A stretch of DNA of 62,165 nucleotides, counting the filler, from Vannella sp. (lineage: Eukaryota), in the NCBI GenBank assembly GCA_023345925.1. It is 6 parts of 6 records of this genome, joined end to end, with 100 filler letters (N's around TTAATTAATTAA, not from the genome) between each part and the next. Parts side by side here need not be neighbours in the genome. Positions count along the whole stretch, not along the records: positions 41,620 to 62,165 come from JAJQQN010000559.1; 5 more parts are not named here. The stretch is one strand, 5' to 3'. Position 1 is the first letter of the stretch; each line of letters begins with the position of its first letter. Made by a program: the position numbers and the translations under genes. This document shows, piece by piece, positions 45,011-57,050 of the stretch. Under the pieces are notes generated by a model. It made no database searches. It worked only from the letters and a program-made list of their open reading frames with translations, and was not told where the DNA came from.

Positions 45011-48000
45011 TTAGTTGCGAGAGTAAGTGAGAGAGCTGATCTTCAAGCCAATGGGAAGGAGAAGGGCTTGGGCATCGGCGCCGGTGACGAGGTTGTTGTT
45101 GCCGGAGAGGATGAGCGTGTGGAAGGTGTCCTTGGATTCCATCAAGGCCTTGAGTGCCAGAGCACCTTTGGGGCCGATGCGGTTGTTAGAAAGGTCCAAC
45201 TCCTCCACAGAAGTCTTGGCGAGGGCCTCGGCCAGAGCCACGACACCTTCGTCCCCGATGCCATTGCCTGCCAGTCGCACACGTTTGAACGAGAACTTGG
45301 AGAAGAGAGGGAGAAGAGCCAAGACACCAGCATCCTTCAACTCATTGCCACTCAAAGTCAAGTCCTGGAGAACAATCGTTCCCGCAGTCAACTGCTCGAC
45401 CAAGGCCGTGGCTGAGGCCGCCGTTAGGCCGCACTCTTCCAAGTCCAGAGTGTTCAGTTGAGTGCACTTGCCCAATGTAGGAGCAATGGCAACGACAAAG
45501 TCGTCCCCGAGACGGTTCTTAGACAAGTTAATGTCCGTGACATACTCAGGGTTCAATGCAGCGGCGAACTTGGCCCCTTCTGAACCGTCCAGCTTGTTGT
45601 GAGCAAAGTTGAACTGCTTGACGCTGCCCAGCTTCTCGAGGACCTCACAGAGAGAGACGAACTGGGCAGGGGAGAGGTTGGTGTCCTCCAAAGCGATTCC
45701 TTCCAACTCATCACGGCCAGGAAGACCCTTTGTGAGGGCGTCGATAGCGGCAGGAGTGATGGGCTTGAAGGACAAGTCAATGTGGGGCACGGAGGTGGCA
45801 CACAAAGCTCCAATCAGTCTACTGTCCGGACGCTCCCCAGTGGTATCGCAGTGTTTGAGGTAGTTCAGATGAGCGATTCTGCTGGAAATAGCAGCGAACC
45901 AGGAGTGGCGCTCCTTCTTGGTGGCTGCGCGAATGAAGAGCTTGCGGTCTCCAACCGACACCTTGAGGGGCCAGACCTTCTTGTTAGAGCCGTCCTCGTC
46001 CTTGATGGCCTTGTGGCGCACCACATCGCATCCTTGATCCAATTGAATGGAACCAGCAACGTCTGGAGTGTTCTCGTCCTCGTGGAAGGTGAGGCAGTCC
46101 CCAGCAAGAGTGAACCAGCGCTTCTTCCATTCTTTGTGTCCTTTCATCACCAACCAACCTGACTTGATGACAGTGTCGTTGAGATAGTGCTCGGCGTCCT
46201 TCTGTTTGATGATGCGAGCCAAGTTGCCGTTCTCCTCTTGAAGGCGGCTGTCCAAGTGGGCGATTTGCTCTTCGAAAGGCTTTCCAGACAAGTCTGCGAT
46301 GACCTTGGTGAGGTCAAAGTCCTCAACAGCACCTCCGTCGACCCCGTTCAAGTCTCTCCAGCGATACAGATCCTCCAGATGTTCCTCAAGGTTCCTCTTG
46401 AGCGCATCAAGACCAACCCGAGCCTTGGATTGGACAATCTGCTTGGAAGACATCGACTCCACCATGAGCTTAAGTGCTGCGATCTCAGCAGCCTGCTCCA
46501 TTCGGCGACCCATCTCCTCCTTGACACGCTTCTGGAGCTCAGCAAGCTCTTCCAAGAGCTTGCGGCGGCGCTCTTCGAGTTCATTGAGGCGGCGAGCTTT
46601 CTCCTCAGAATCAGTGAGGAGTTGGCTTCGCTCACTCTCGAGGTCGCCAAGACCAGAGCCAAGTTCTTCTCCTCGCTTGCGTTGAGCGTCGAGATCAGCG
46701 GCCATCTGCTTCTGTTCTTCCGTCAGCTTCTCGAGTGTATGCACGGTACCGTCCAGCATGCTCTGCAGCAGAGTAGCCTTAGCTTCAAGGATACTTCTGT
46801 CCTGTGCGTCAGCAGAGGCCTGCTCCCTCAAAAAGTCTATTTCCTCGGCCATCTTCTTGCGCATGGCAATCTCGTCCTGAATGTTCTTCTGAAGGCGCGC
46901 AATCTCATCAAGAAGGCGCTTCTTGCGGTCTTCCAGATCGTCCAGAATAGCCTGACGGTCTTCCCCGCCAGTCAGTTGGCCCTTAATGTCGCGGTCAAGC
47001 GAGTTTTCTGAAGAATTGCCGAATTTGCCGAAGCGACCGGCTTCGTCGACAAACTTCCTCAGAAGCTTTCCAACGTACGCCTTGACCTCCTTCTCCGCAC
47101 TGCCACTGACCACTGCGTCTGCGTTCAATAACTTGGAGGAGATTCCAAACTTCTTCTCGGCAGCAGATAGAGCGGCTTCGACATTCTTCTTACCGTCTTG
47201 GGAGGACAGGGACTCGAAATCGATAGAGGTGGGGTCCATAGCGTGAACCAATGCAGCCAAAGCCAGACCATCCTTAAAACTGCCTCCAAAGTTCTCCACT
47301 TGGACATTGTCGTAGTCTGCTGTGGTGCGCTTGGCCCACTGAAGCAGATCAGCTTCGGAGAAAGCGCTCTTCTGAGTGCTAACGTCATCAATGTACTTTT
47401 GGAAGAGTTTGGCGGTGTACTGGGCCACCTCGCGCTTATCACAAGTTCCTTCAGCCAACTCTGTGACATTCAGAAGTTGGGGGATTCCGAGCTTCTCATG
47501 GGCAGCAGCAAAGGCAATCTTCAGGTTGTTCTCACTGTCAGCGGGCTTGAGTGATGCAAAGTCAAGGGCTCCAGGACTGAGAGAATCAACAATGGCAGCG
47601 AAAGCCAGTCCATCGTTGAAGCTTCTTTGGAACGAAGTGATCTCGACGTTGTCATACTGGTCGGTGATCTTCTTTGCCCATTGAAGGAGATCGTTCTCTG
47701 GCCCATAAGGATCCACTGATCGAACCTTCGACCCGGAGACGCCATACTTCCCAGCCTCGTCAATGTACTTGTCCAGGAACATGGAAGTGTACGCAATGAC
47801 CTCCGCCTCCTCGGCAGTGCCGTCCAAGAGGGCATCGACATTGCCGAATTGGGGAATTCCCAACTTGTTCTCGGCAATGGTCAAGGCAGCCACGAGGTTC
47901 TGCTTCTTCTCCTTGGGGTTGAGGCTGTTAAAGTCAAGAATGGAAGGATCCATTGCGTGAACCAAAGCGGACAATGCCAGTCCATCAGCAAAGCTGGACT

Positions 48001-50476
48001 TGAAGTCCTTCACATCGACATTGTCGTACCCTTCGGTCATTTTGTGGACCCATTTGAGCAAGTCAGCGGGAGCGTACTTGCTCTTGTTGTCCAATACCAC
48101 GTTCTCAAGGTAGGAACCGAACAGTCTGGCGTTGTACGCAATCACATCGCGCTCATCAGCCTTGCCACTGATCAGAGCATCGGCATCAAGGATTCTGGGA
48201 ACTCCCAGAACCTCCTCTGCGACCTTGAGTGCATTCTCGACGTTCTCTTTGACGTTCGCGGGATTGAGAGCTGCGAAATCGAGTGACTCTGGCTTGATGG
48301 AGTTGACAATGGCAGAGAGAGCCAGGCCATCCTTGAAGGAGTCTGTGAAGTTGACAATGTTCACACCATCATAGCCAGCAGTGACCTTCTGGGCCCATTG
48401 AAGGAGGTCCGTTTCAGGAGAGATATTGGCATGAACACCGCGGGACTGGGAGCCGTCAAAGAATCCAGAGTTCTCGAGGAACTTCTGGAAGAAGAGAGAG
48501 TTGTACTCCACAAGCTTCGATTCGGGAACCGATCCTGAGGCGAGGTCTGCGGCGTTGAAGATTCTGGGGATCCCAAGCTTCTTCTCTGCTGCATTGAGTG
48601 CTCGTGCGACGTTATCAGCCACATTGGCGGGCTCCAGCAAGTCAAAGTCAATAGCGGAAGGATCCATCGCGTGGACAAGTGCGGCGAAGGCAAGACCGTC
48701 ATTGAAGCTTGTCTCGTAGCTCCTGATGTTGACACCAGGATATCCCTGAGTAGTTTGCCGTGTCCACTTGAGGAGGTCCTCAGGAGTGAACTTGAACCCA
48801 GTCAGTCCCTGCTTGGCAGGGAACTGGCCAGCCAAACGGTTAGGAACTGCGCCGTCCTTGCCAATGGAAGGGTTACCGAAGAGAGGGGATTCAGCAATGT
48901 ACTTTTGGAAGAACTGCTCAATGTAAGCTGCGACCTCGTTCTCAGTGGCGGTCTTGTGAAGGAGGTCTTCACAGGAAACGGTGGTGGGGATGCCCAACGC
49001 CGATTCTGCTGCTGCAAGGGCCTGTCGGAGGTTCTTGTCCGCCTCTTCAGGGTTCAGAGATCCAAAGTCAATGGCAGTGGGCTCAAGGCGGTGCACCAAA
49101 GCCGAAAGCGCCATGCCGTTCGCAAAGCTGCTGTGCAAGTCCGTGATCTCCACGTTGTCGTATCCAGAAGTCTGTTCCTTGACCCAAGCCAAGACCTGCT
49201 CCTTGCTCAACTTCTGAGATCCATTGTGGAAGGCTCGCTCGGCAACAGACCCACTTTCTAGGGAGCGGGATGCCGCTACCTCAGCTTCAGCTTGGTCAAC
49301 GTCCTGGACAAGGTCGTGGAGTTGCTTGATCTTAGCCTCAAGAAGGGCTCGAAGCTCAGCATCAGAAAGAGATCGCTTCTGCAAATAGGCAATCTCCTCC
49401 AAGAGCTCCTTGATCTTCGCTCTCAGGGAAGCGATGAGCGCGTCCTTGTCACTGATGTCGCGTTGGGTATTTACGCTAACCTCCTGCTGGGTTCTCAGGA
49501 GACGTTCTTTCTCAGCGCGTTCGCGGTCGAGAGAAGCCTGAAGCTCTCCGATCTGTTGCTTGATGCTCTTCTTCTCCGTTACCAAAGCCCTCTTCTGTTC
49601 GTCAGAGACGTAGGCGTGGAAGAACATGGAAGAGTACAGGATGACAGCGCGCTCGTCAGGGCTCCCAGCCAACATATCCTCGGGGTCGAGGAGCTTAGGG
49701 ATGCCCAGCTTGGTCTCAGCGATGTCGAAAGCCAAGTTCACGTTGCGTTCGTTGTCATTAGGGTCCAGTGAATCGAAATCCAAGGCCTCAGGGTCCATAG
49801 CATTGATCAAAGCACAGAAGGCCAAGCCATCATTGAAGCTGCAACGTTGTGAGTCTCTCCAAAGCTGAGAAGGTGATGCGGTTAACTCACCTCTCCTTAA
49901 AGTTCTTGACGTCTACGCCTTCGTAGTCCGCTGTCATCTTTTTCAACCAGGCAAGGAGACCCATCTCGGAGCTTTGTCCCTCCTCTGAGATGACCTCGAT
50001 ACGAAGGCGCTTGAACAAACTCCACAACATACCGAGAGTAAGCTTCATCTGACCATCAGCGATATCTGACCGGAGGTGAGGACCGGTCAAGGAAAGGGGA
50101 CTGTTCCTTACCCTCAGCACCGATACCGACAAGACGAACGCCAAGGTCCTTCTGGATATAGGTGAGACCGATGTTGAGGTTCTCAATCTTGTGGACACGC
50201 ATGGCGGGCTTCTTGCTCCAACGCGGAAGGCTCTTCTTGCTGACCTCTTCGAGGAAGGTGCAAAGGTTGACACCTGATTTGAAGTCCTCAGAGACATCTT
50301 CGACCTTGTAACCTAACGGTTCCAGGTACGTATTGACCCACATCTTGAAAGCCTTCAAACGAGAGTGAGTCCAAGCTCCAAGCAGCTCCCCACCAACATA
50401 CCTTGATCTGCACGAGCTCCCACTTTCTCTCCTTCTGCTCTCGAAGCCCCATGCTGTTGACATTGTCATCAGCCAT
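45011..50476 (-). CDS. Cortexillin-like actin-binding protein with 8 CH domains, coiled coil, PH domain and RNI-type LRRs
   Basis: WELVQIKAFKMWVN CH1, CH2, six more LL.W....T.GY..V.....SF.DGLA repeats; LKRNLEEHLEDLYRW; KSGWLVMKG..WKKRWF; LSGNELKDAG and LAGNGIGDEG. Three 5' introns. Confidence 0.92.
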
Positions 50477-50845
50477 GTTGGGAACACGAGGAGAAGGTTT
50501 AACTGTTCCACTGACTCGAAGATTCGCAGATATTTGGTATCCACCAATCAGCAGTCCGAACCGGACCGGTCAGGCCGAAAACCTCGTGATGATCATAATA
50601 AGGATGAGAATTACCCTGGAGGTAATGAAAAAACCCTGACAAGATCACCTATGAGGAGTTCACGCAAAGAGAAATAGTTTCAGGATAGTCTGTGAACCAA
50701 TCAGGAGGACGCAAATTGTCTCAAAATGGGCACTTACCTCCTATTGGTCAAGAGCATTCTGCCGCGTCTTTCAAAGCTAGGCGAATTCATTTGTCGAATC
50801 ACTGAGAGTTGCAAAATATTATTTTATTTTGGTTGGGGGTCTGCG

Positions 50846-52291
50846 ATGTTCCGGAAGAAGAAGAAGACAGAGATCCTCTTTGCAGTGCTGCTGGAGCGTC
50901 AGAACTGGGAGCTGGGAGAGCAAATCAAAGGAAAGATCTTGTTCCGCAAGGACCAGCCCGTGAAGTTCTCCAGCATCCGCGCTCGCTTCGTTGGAACGGA
51001 GCAAGTGGTTCTTAGCGCTGCTCCTGATGTGCCAGAAAGCAAGCGCACGAGGTCGAAAGTGGTCTTCGAGACTCCATTTGTGAACGTGGCTGAACGTGGC
51101 TCTTCTCCTGAGGGGGAAACCGAGTACTCGCTCCACTTCCTCCTCCCCGAGACCCTTTCCCCGTCCTTCAACGTGGAAGGTACGGCGGAGGTCCGCTATG
51201 AAGTTCAAACTCAACTCTTGTTGAAGAGCAACTCCACGCCCATGGAGTCGAATGTCCAAGTCTTCATTCATCCCCATCTCCCCACCGAGCTTCCTCTCTC
51301 CTTTGTTGAGAAGAAGGAGTGGGGCCTCATCTCTCGAGAGTCACTGTCCATGCGAGCTGTCCCAGACAAGGCTCTGTACGAGGCTGGAGATCAGATTGTT
51401 CTGGACGTGACCCTCGACAACAAGACAGCCAAGAAAACGATTGCTCGCATTCTTGCTGGCCCTGAGCAATCCATCCGCTTTGGAAAGAGATCAGAGGAAA
51501 CCAATTTGGGGCAGATAGAAGTTACGTCGAACCTTCCTATTGCCCCTGGCACAAAGTAAGTCACTTGAGTTTGTATTATTCTCCTTCTCAGGCGGACGTT
51601 AGGTGGGTCTATCGCATTGAATTCACGCTTCCCAACGTCATTTTACCAAGTGTGAAGACGAGTATGATCACTGTGGCACATACAATGGACATCAGATGCG
51701 AGTTTGAGGCTGGTGGTGAACATATCTTCAAAATTCCCTTTTCCACGCGCTCCCACTTGGTTCCAGGTACGAAGAAGCTCAGGGAGTTACTCTCACGTAT
51801 TCATTATCACGCGAAATAGAGGAAAAGGCAGCCAAGATCATTCCCCCACAACTGGAGCATCATGGATCCTCTTCAGGATCCATCCAACGCTACGGCAAAT
51901 TGCCGCCTGTTCCTTCAGACGGGGCGGACTCCGAATTGCAAGAAGATCCTCTCGAGTCTTCTGAGGAGCCGGAAGAAGAAGAAGAGGAGTTTGGTCTTCC
52001 CAGTTATATTGAGGACCCAAAGGAGGGAACACCCGAATTTGTGGACTTCTCGAAGGTGTCGAACATCAGCCTTGCCAAAGTGAATCCAGAACCCGCGCTC
52101 CCGATGCCTTATGGGCACCCTTGCTACTTTGAAGCACTTTCTCATTACCAGCCTCCCACATTCATAGACCCAGGTAGGTGAATCATCGTTCATGCGATCC
52201 CTCATTCCTTACAATCTGATTAGTTGTTGCCACGCCCCCAACACCGCCACCGGCACTCAATCCCGCCACAGAAGCTCTGATGGGCCTCTAA
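50846..52291 (+). CDS. Arrestin-domain-containing protein, multi-exon
   Basis: GEQIKGKI; IRARFVGTE; EYSLHFLLPETLSPSF; VRYEV; YEAGDQI..VTLDNKT; LPSVKTSMITV.H. Confidence 0.85.
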
Positions 52292-52343
52292 CCGTGGTCA
52301 TCAAGAAACAGTATGCTAAAAGCAATGGATTGGAAGCAAGTGA

Positions 52344-55300
52344 TTAGAACATAAAGGAAGGCATGCCAATGCGATCGAGTTGGGCAGCAATGAGGGTCTC
52401 GGAGAGGCCAGTGTCGTTAGCAATCTTTCGAATGTACTCCATTCGCAGTGTGGTTTCATCCTCCTGAATGTTAGTCTCCATCACTTCTTTCTTCTCCTCT
52501 TCCAGTTGCGCTCGCAGTCGGGCCTGTTCAGCTTCTCGTTCCTGTTCGAGTTGTTTCTTCTCGGCTTCTTGCTGCTCCTCGAGTTGGCGCTGGAGCTCAC
52601 GCTGGAGCGCCTCCTCTTCTTCAGCCTCTCTTCGGTTCTGCTCCTCTTCTAATCGAAGTTGTTCTGCCTCGATAAGTTCCTCCTCTCGTCGCTTCTTTTC
52701 AGCTTCCTCAGGCGATTGAGCTGATTCAGAAACTCTGGGGGCCCTGGGTGTGGGCGCTGGCATGAGAACCTCCACCTTTTTGGCTTGGATTTCTGCCATT
52801 ACTTTGGACTGCTCCTCATGTTGGTCTGCTTGTTGCTTTGCGGATTCTTGCCAGTGGCGCTGTTGAATGTTCCAAAGAGAACTCTCATTCCCGTCGGTAA
52901 AGGCTTGCTTCATCTCAATCTCCTCCTTCTGGAAGGCGTCCATGTTTTCCTTCATCTTGTGCTCAATCTCTTTGCGCTCTCCTTCCAGCCGAACCTGCAA
53001 CTCATTCTTCTGCTGCTGATGATACAAGAGCAGGAGATCTCTTCGCCTAGACTTCTCTTTCTTGAATTCCTCCAACTGTTGAGCATGTCGAGCTTCAATT
53101 AGTTGCTGGCTGTCCTCAGAAATCAATCCTTCCTCCAGATGAGCCATAGTGGCGTCCAATTCGCTCTTCATCTCCTCCACCTTCACACGCATCTCTTCCT
53201 TGTCCATTGTTTTGTCCTTTTGGAGCTTTTTGGTGTTGGCCACAAATGCGGCTTTGATGGCTTTCTTTTGTTTCTGTACCGCAGCAGTTCCTTGCTTCTG
53301 ATGTGAGAGTTGGTTCTTTGCCATGCTTGCCAGTTCTAGAGCCTGCTGCTTCTTCAGTTGCTTCAAGGCCAACTCCTGAGCAGCTTGCTCATGGCGGAAC
53401 TCCATCTGCTGGCGGGAGTCTTGAAGTGAACGGAGTGTGTTCTCAGTAGCGCGGATATCGTCGAGAATCACCCATCTCTTCTGGCGGGTCAGTCGTTGAG
53501 CCAAAGAGAGCTGTTGAATCAGAGTTTCACGAGCCAAATGTTGCTGTTTCTGTACATGACTGCGCTCCTGTTCTTGAATGCGCTTCAGCTTTTGTTGCTC
53601 GTGTCTGTGAACCAATTGGGTTCGAGAAAGAATATTCTTGCGATTTTCGCGATTCATTTGAGCATCGTGTGTCTGCTTCAGATGGTTGAGAAGTGAGATC
53701 TGACTTTCTGCACTCGCTCCTTTGTTAGCTTTGTGGAGTTGTTGTACTTGGCGCTCATAATCATCGTTGCGTCGTTTCTCTTCTCTGGTGTACTCTTCCC
53801 TGAGCTTCTCATCAGCTTGGTCCTTTTCCCTGGCTAAAGCTTGTTTCAGGTTCTTCTTTTCGTTGGCAATCAACTCGTTAAGAGTGAGTTGGTCGGTTTG
53901 AATCTTGCGACTCTGGGATGCACGTTCTTGGGATTGCTTGGATTCAATCGCCGCAATGACATTCTCCGTTTCTGTCTTCATCTTAGCCCTGGCAGCCTCT
54001 TGCTCAGCCTCAAAAACATCTCGGTCACGAGCTTGTTGACGAAACTGCTTTTCGAAAGTGCGGGCCTTCTTGGTCTCCCAGTCACCTTCGACTGTTGAAA
54101 CTGGGATGATGACTCTTGAGAGAACGAATTCAAGATCTGCGTTCGCACTTCGTGGGGAAGGAAGAATGTCACGAGTGAGAGAAGAAGCATCTTCTGAAGA
54201 CACATGTCTCTTGTGGCCTCGAGCACTGTTGGGCGCCTGAGTAGCAGCAACGGTTGGAGAGGGAAGAAGCTGTTGATCATCTCCAACGATAGAAATGTTT
54301 GCCACATCGTCTGCAGAACTTGTCTCTGCACTCATAGCCTCCACTGCAGTTTCAGAAAGGAATCCATCGTCGTCATTGCTTTCAGCATAATCCAATGTGG
54401 GTTCTGACTTTCCAGCCTCCTGCTCTTCGTCCTGCTCCTTACCCCGACGTCCAAACTTCTTCTTCTTGCCAAGCTTCTTCTTCTTCTTTGCTCGGATGGC
54501 AACGCTTTCAGTGGATCCAGAACGGACTGCTCCTGGAGCAACGTTAGTGAGATCCAATTCAAGGGCAGGTCCGCTTGTGGACTTGCGACGCTCTCCGATA
54601 ACCCGCACCGGCAGCGGATCCTTGGAAGTTCCCAGAACCACAAGAACGTCCTCCTTTGGGCGGGTCACCTCTGTTGCTGAGCGGACTGTTCTTGTCTCGG
54701 CCTTGGGAGAGGGAGGTCTTTCTACTGGAGCACTTTGGATCGTTGTTGAAGGACCAGACTCTTCTGCCTCAGCTTTGCTAGAGACCTCCAACCTTGATTC
54801 AGGTGAGGTAACGACCGGTGTTGGTGGTGAAGCACTGCTGGGCTCCTTTTCATCTTCGATGGGAACCTCCTTCGACTTGACCTCTTGAGGAGCGGTCTTC
54901 TGAGAAGTGGAAGCTGGAAGAGAAGGCTCTTGAGGGACAGAGACGTCTTTTGGGGGGGCAGCCTGCGAAGGGGTTTCCACCGCCGGGGTCGTCACGTTCT
55001 CACGCGAAGCCTTCGGGGGACTCTTGGTAAGCACCTGGCTAGCTTTTGATTCTTCAGTGTGGCTAGGCTGCTTATCAACATCTGAAAGGTTCGTTTTCGC
55101 GTCTGTGGAAGGAGAGCTCTCGGCAGTTCTTTCCACGATACGGCGCGCTTCCTCTGGGTCAGTGGGAGCTACTTCAAATGCTTTAGCAAGCTTCGAGACG
55201 TTCCCTGAACGAGTGGCGAGGATCTCTTGTCTCGCAGAGTCAGCAGAGCTGGCCTTGACGACCTCCACAGGAAGCTGGCTTTGCGCAGGGAGGAACTTGG

Positions 55301-55706
55301 ACAGAGAGCTAGCGCCTTTCGCCTCTTTACGCTCCTCAGTAGGCTTGGCCTTCCGCTCAAAGAGCGCAATCGAGCTCAGTAGCGGGGAGCTGGGAGCGAC
55401 GATGGGCTCCAATACTGAAGACATTGAGGAGGAACGCTGGTTGCGGAGCTCGCCTCGCAGTTTCTCTTCAATGGGGGACTTTGCTATCTCAATAGCAGCA
55501 GGAGTAGCAGGAGGCTGCATCTCAGCACGACGACGGCCGGCCTCTTTCAAGTCCATCCGATGGGAAGTAGAGAGCTGTAGGATAGCCAAGTTGATCTCCC
55601 ACTGCTCCAAGTCGGTCTGTCTCTCGTGGTTAGCAAGAGAGCACGCCCTGGTGGAGGCAAACCAACCTGAGTGAAAGGTTCGTCTGAGATCTGACTGATG
55701 CGACAC
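52344..55706 (-). CDS. Large low-complexity and coiled-coil protein (further 5' exons probably up to about 56157)
   Basis: 1120-codon ORF with a Pro/Ser/Glu-rich region followed by about 550 aa of Q/E/K/R heptads. Confidence 0.8.
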   Translation of the reverse strand: MSHQSDLRRTFHSGWFASTRACSLANHERQTDLEQWEINLAILQLSTSHRMDLKEAGRRRAEMQPPATPAAIEIAKSPIEEKLRGELRNQRSSSMSSVLEPIVAPSSPLLSSIALFERKAKPTEERKEAKGASSLSKFLPAQSQLPVEVVKASSADSARQEILATRSGNVSKLAKAFEVAPTDPEEARRIVERTAESSPSTDAKTNLSDVDKQPSHTEESKASQVLTKSPPKASRENVTTPAVETPSQAAPPKDVSVPQEPSLPASTSQKTAPQEVKSKEVPIEDEKEPSSASPPTPVVTSPESRLEVSSKAEAEESGPSTTIQSAPVERPPSPKAETRTVRSATEVTRPKEDVLVVLGTSKDPLPVRVIGERRKSTSGPALELDLTNVAPGAVRSGSTESVAIRAKKKKKLGKKKKFGRRGKEQDEEQEAGKSEPTLDYAESNDDDGFLSETAVEAMSAETSSADDVANISIVGDDQQLLPSPTVAATQAPNSARGHKRHVSSEDASSLTRDILPSPRSANADLEFVLSRVIIPVSTVEGDWETKKARTFEKQFRQQARDRDVFEAEQEAARAKMKTETENVIAAIESKQSQERASQSRKIQTDQLTLNELIANEKKNLKQALAREKDQADEKLREEYTREEKRRNDDYERQVQQLHKANKGASAESQISLLNHLKQTHDAQMNRENRKNILSRTQLVHRHEQQKLKRIQEQERSHVQKQQHLARETLIQQLSLAQRLTRQKRWVILDDIRATENTLRSLQDSRQQMEFRHEQAAQELALKQLKKQQALELASMAKNQLSHQKQGTAAVQKQKKAIKAAFVANTKKLQKDKTMDKEEMRVKVEEMKSELDATMAHLEEGLISEDSQQLIEARHAQQLEEFKKEKSRRRDLLLLYHQQQKNELQVRLEGERKEIEHKMKENMDAFQKEEIEMKQAFTDGNESSLWNIQQRHWQESAKQQADQHEEQSKVMAEIQAKKVEVLMPAPTPRAPRVSESAQSPEEAEKKRREEELIEAEQLRLEEEQNRREAEEEEALQRELQRQLEEQQEAEKKQLEQEREAEQARLRAQLEEEKKEVMETNIQEDETTLRMEYIRKIANDTGLSETLIAAQLDRIGMPSFMF

Positions 55707-56188
55707 GTATTCTTGGCCTGAGGAGGTTGGGAGATGAGCAAGTGCTTGCTACAGTATTTGATGTCAGGGATGGAGTAGGGTCGGCCAATCCGAACGCCTA
55801 AATCAAGCCTGAGCGACAGCTCTCGAGAGTTTGAGGTGACGACGTACTTTCAATGAGGGCAACTCCACCAGCACAAGTCCCAGACGCAGAAAGGCGCACA
55901 TAGAACCCGGCGATATTCTCATCAAACGACTTGGCCTTCGCAAAGAGGACAAGATCAGCGTGCGTCACCTGTAGCTCTTGAAAGACTTTCAGCCTCTCTT
56001 CACTCTACCAAGAACATCAGTTCACGCCCAAACGACCACCTCAAACGCCCACCATTGGAAGAGCAGTCCAGAAGCGTCGGCTTGGAGATAATGAAAGATA
56101 TTTCCTCGCCGGTCCACCATCCTTCGCATCCTGCCACGTGACACGAATTTCTGACATTTGCGTGGCTTTTGAAAGCTAAAGGAGAGTG

Positions 56189-56998
56189 ATGGGACTCATT
56201 TCGAGGCATTTCCTGGCGAGTGGGATGGAGGCGGCGTGGAGGACGCTCGTCTCGTCAGCGAAGAAGCTTGCAGAGGCTGCTATTCGGCAGCCTCTTCCTC
56301 CTGTTTCTCCTGCTGCAAGGTTTCCCACAGCAACGAACGCGCGGAGCCGGCTGCAATGGATGATCCAAGAGCAAAGGGAAACGTCGGCAGCTCCTGTGCC
56401 TCCTTTGGTTGAAAAGGGATCACCAATCCCTGCCATGGTGTCACGTCCTTCAATGGGGATGGATCTACCTGTCCCAGCCACTGCATCTGCCCATTTGGTT
56501 GAAAGGGAGACGCCAGCTCCCCCACTTGTAGAAAGGGGCCTCCCAATCCCGGTCATTACCGTCGTATCACCTCTTCCGGTTAAAAAGGAGGTACCAACCC
56601 CTCTTGTTTCACCTCCCTTGGAAAGGGAGAAGGGCCTGACAGCCCCATCCCCTGCATCACCTCCAAGGCACGAAGAAAAGGTCTTGCCAATCCCATCTCA
56701 CGTGTCGCCTCCACTTTCAGTGTCTCAAAGCGCACCTCTGACTCCACCATCGCTCATGATCACTCCCCAGGAACCCACAGACAAGCCAGAACCCTCAGAG
56801 AAAGAGCCTCACCCGTCCAATCTCCGCACCATCCGAGGGATCGGACCAGCCTTCGAACAAAAGCTCTCATTACACCATGTCTTTACCATCGAACAGCTCG
56901 CAGCCCTCTCCCCTGCCGCCTGCCAGGAGCTCAAACAAGCCATCCCTCGGATCCACCAATTGCAGCTCCAAGCGCAGCAGCTTCTATCAAAAGAATAA
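56189..56998 (+). CDS. Pro-rich protein with C-terminal helix-hairpin-helix domain
   Basis: NLRTIRGIGPAFEQKL...VFTIEQLAAL; internal PPLVE[KR]G.PIP repeats; single exon. Confidence 0.7.
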   Translation: MGLISRHFLASGMEAAWRTLVSSAKKLAEAAIRQPLPPVSPAARFPTATNARSRLQWMIQEQRETSAAPVPPLVEKGSPIPAMVSRPSMGMDLPVPATASAHLVERETPAPPLVERGLPIPVITVVSPLPVKKEVPTPLVSPPLEREKGLTAPSPASPPRHEEKVLPIPSHVSPPLSVSQSAPLTPPSLMITPQEPTDKPEPSEKEPHPSNLRTIRGIGPAFEQKLSLHHVFTIEQLAALSPAACQELKQAIPRIHQLQLQAQQLLSKE

Positions 56999-57050
56999 AT
57001 CATCATTTGGTGTTCGGGAATTGCGTAAAGGGCCTGTTTTTGTTGTCCTG

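Noticed and set aside
45027..49868. Many plus-strand ORFs of 60-270 aa
   Set aside because: Antisense shadows of the cortexillin-like gene.
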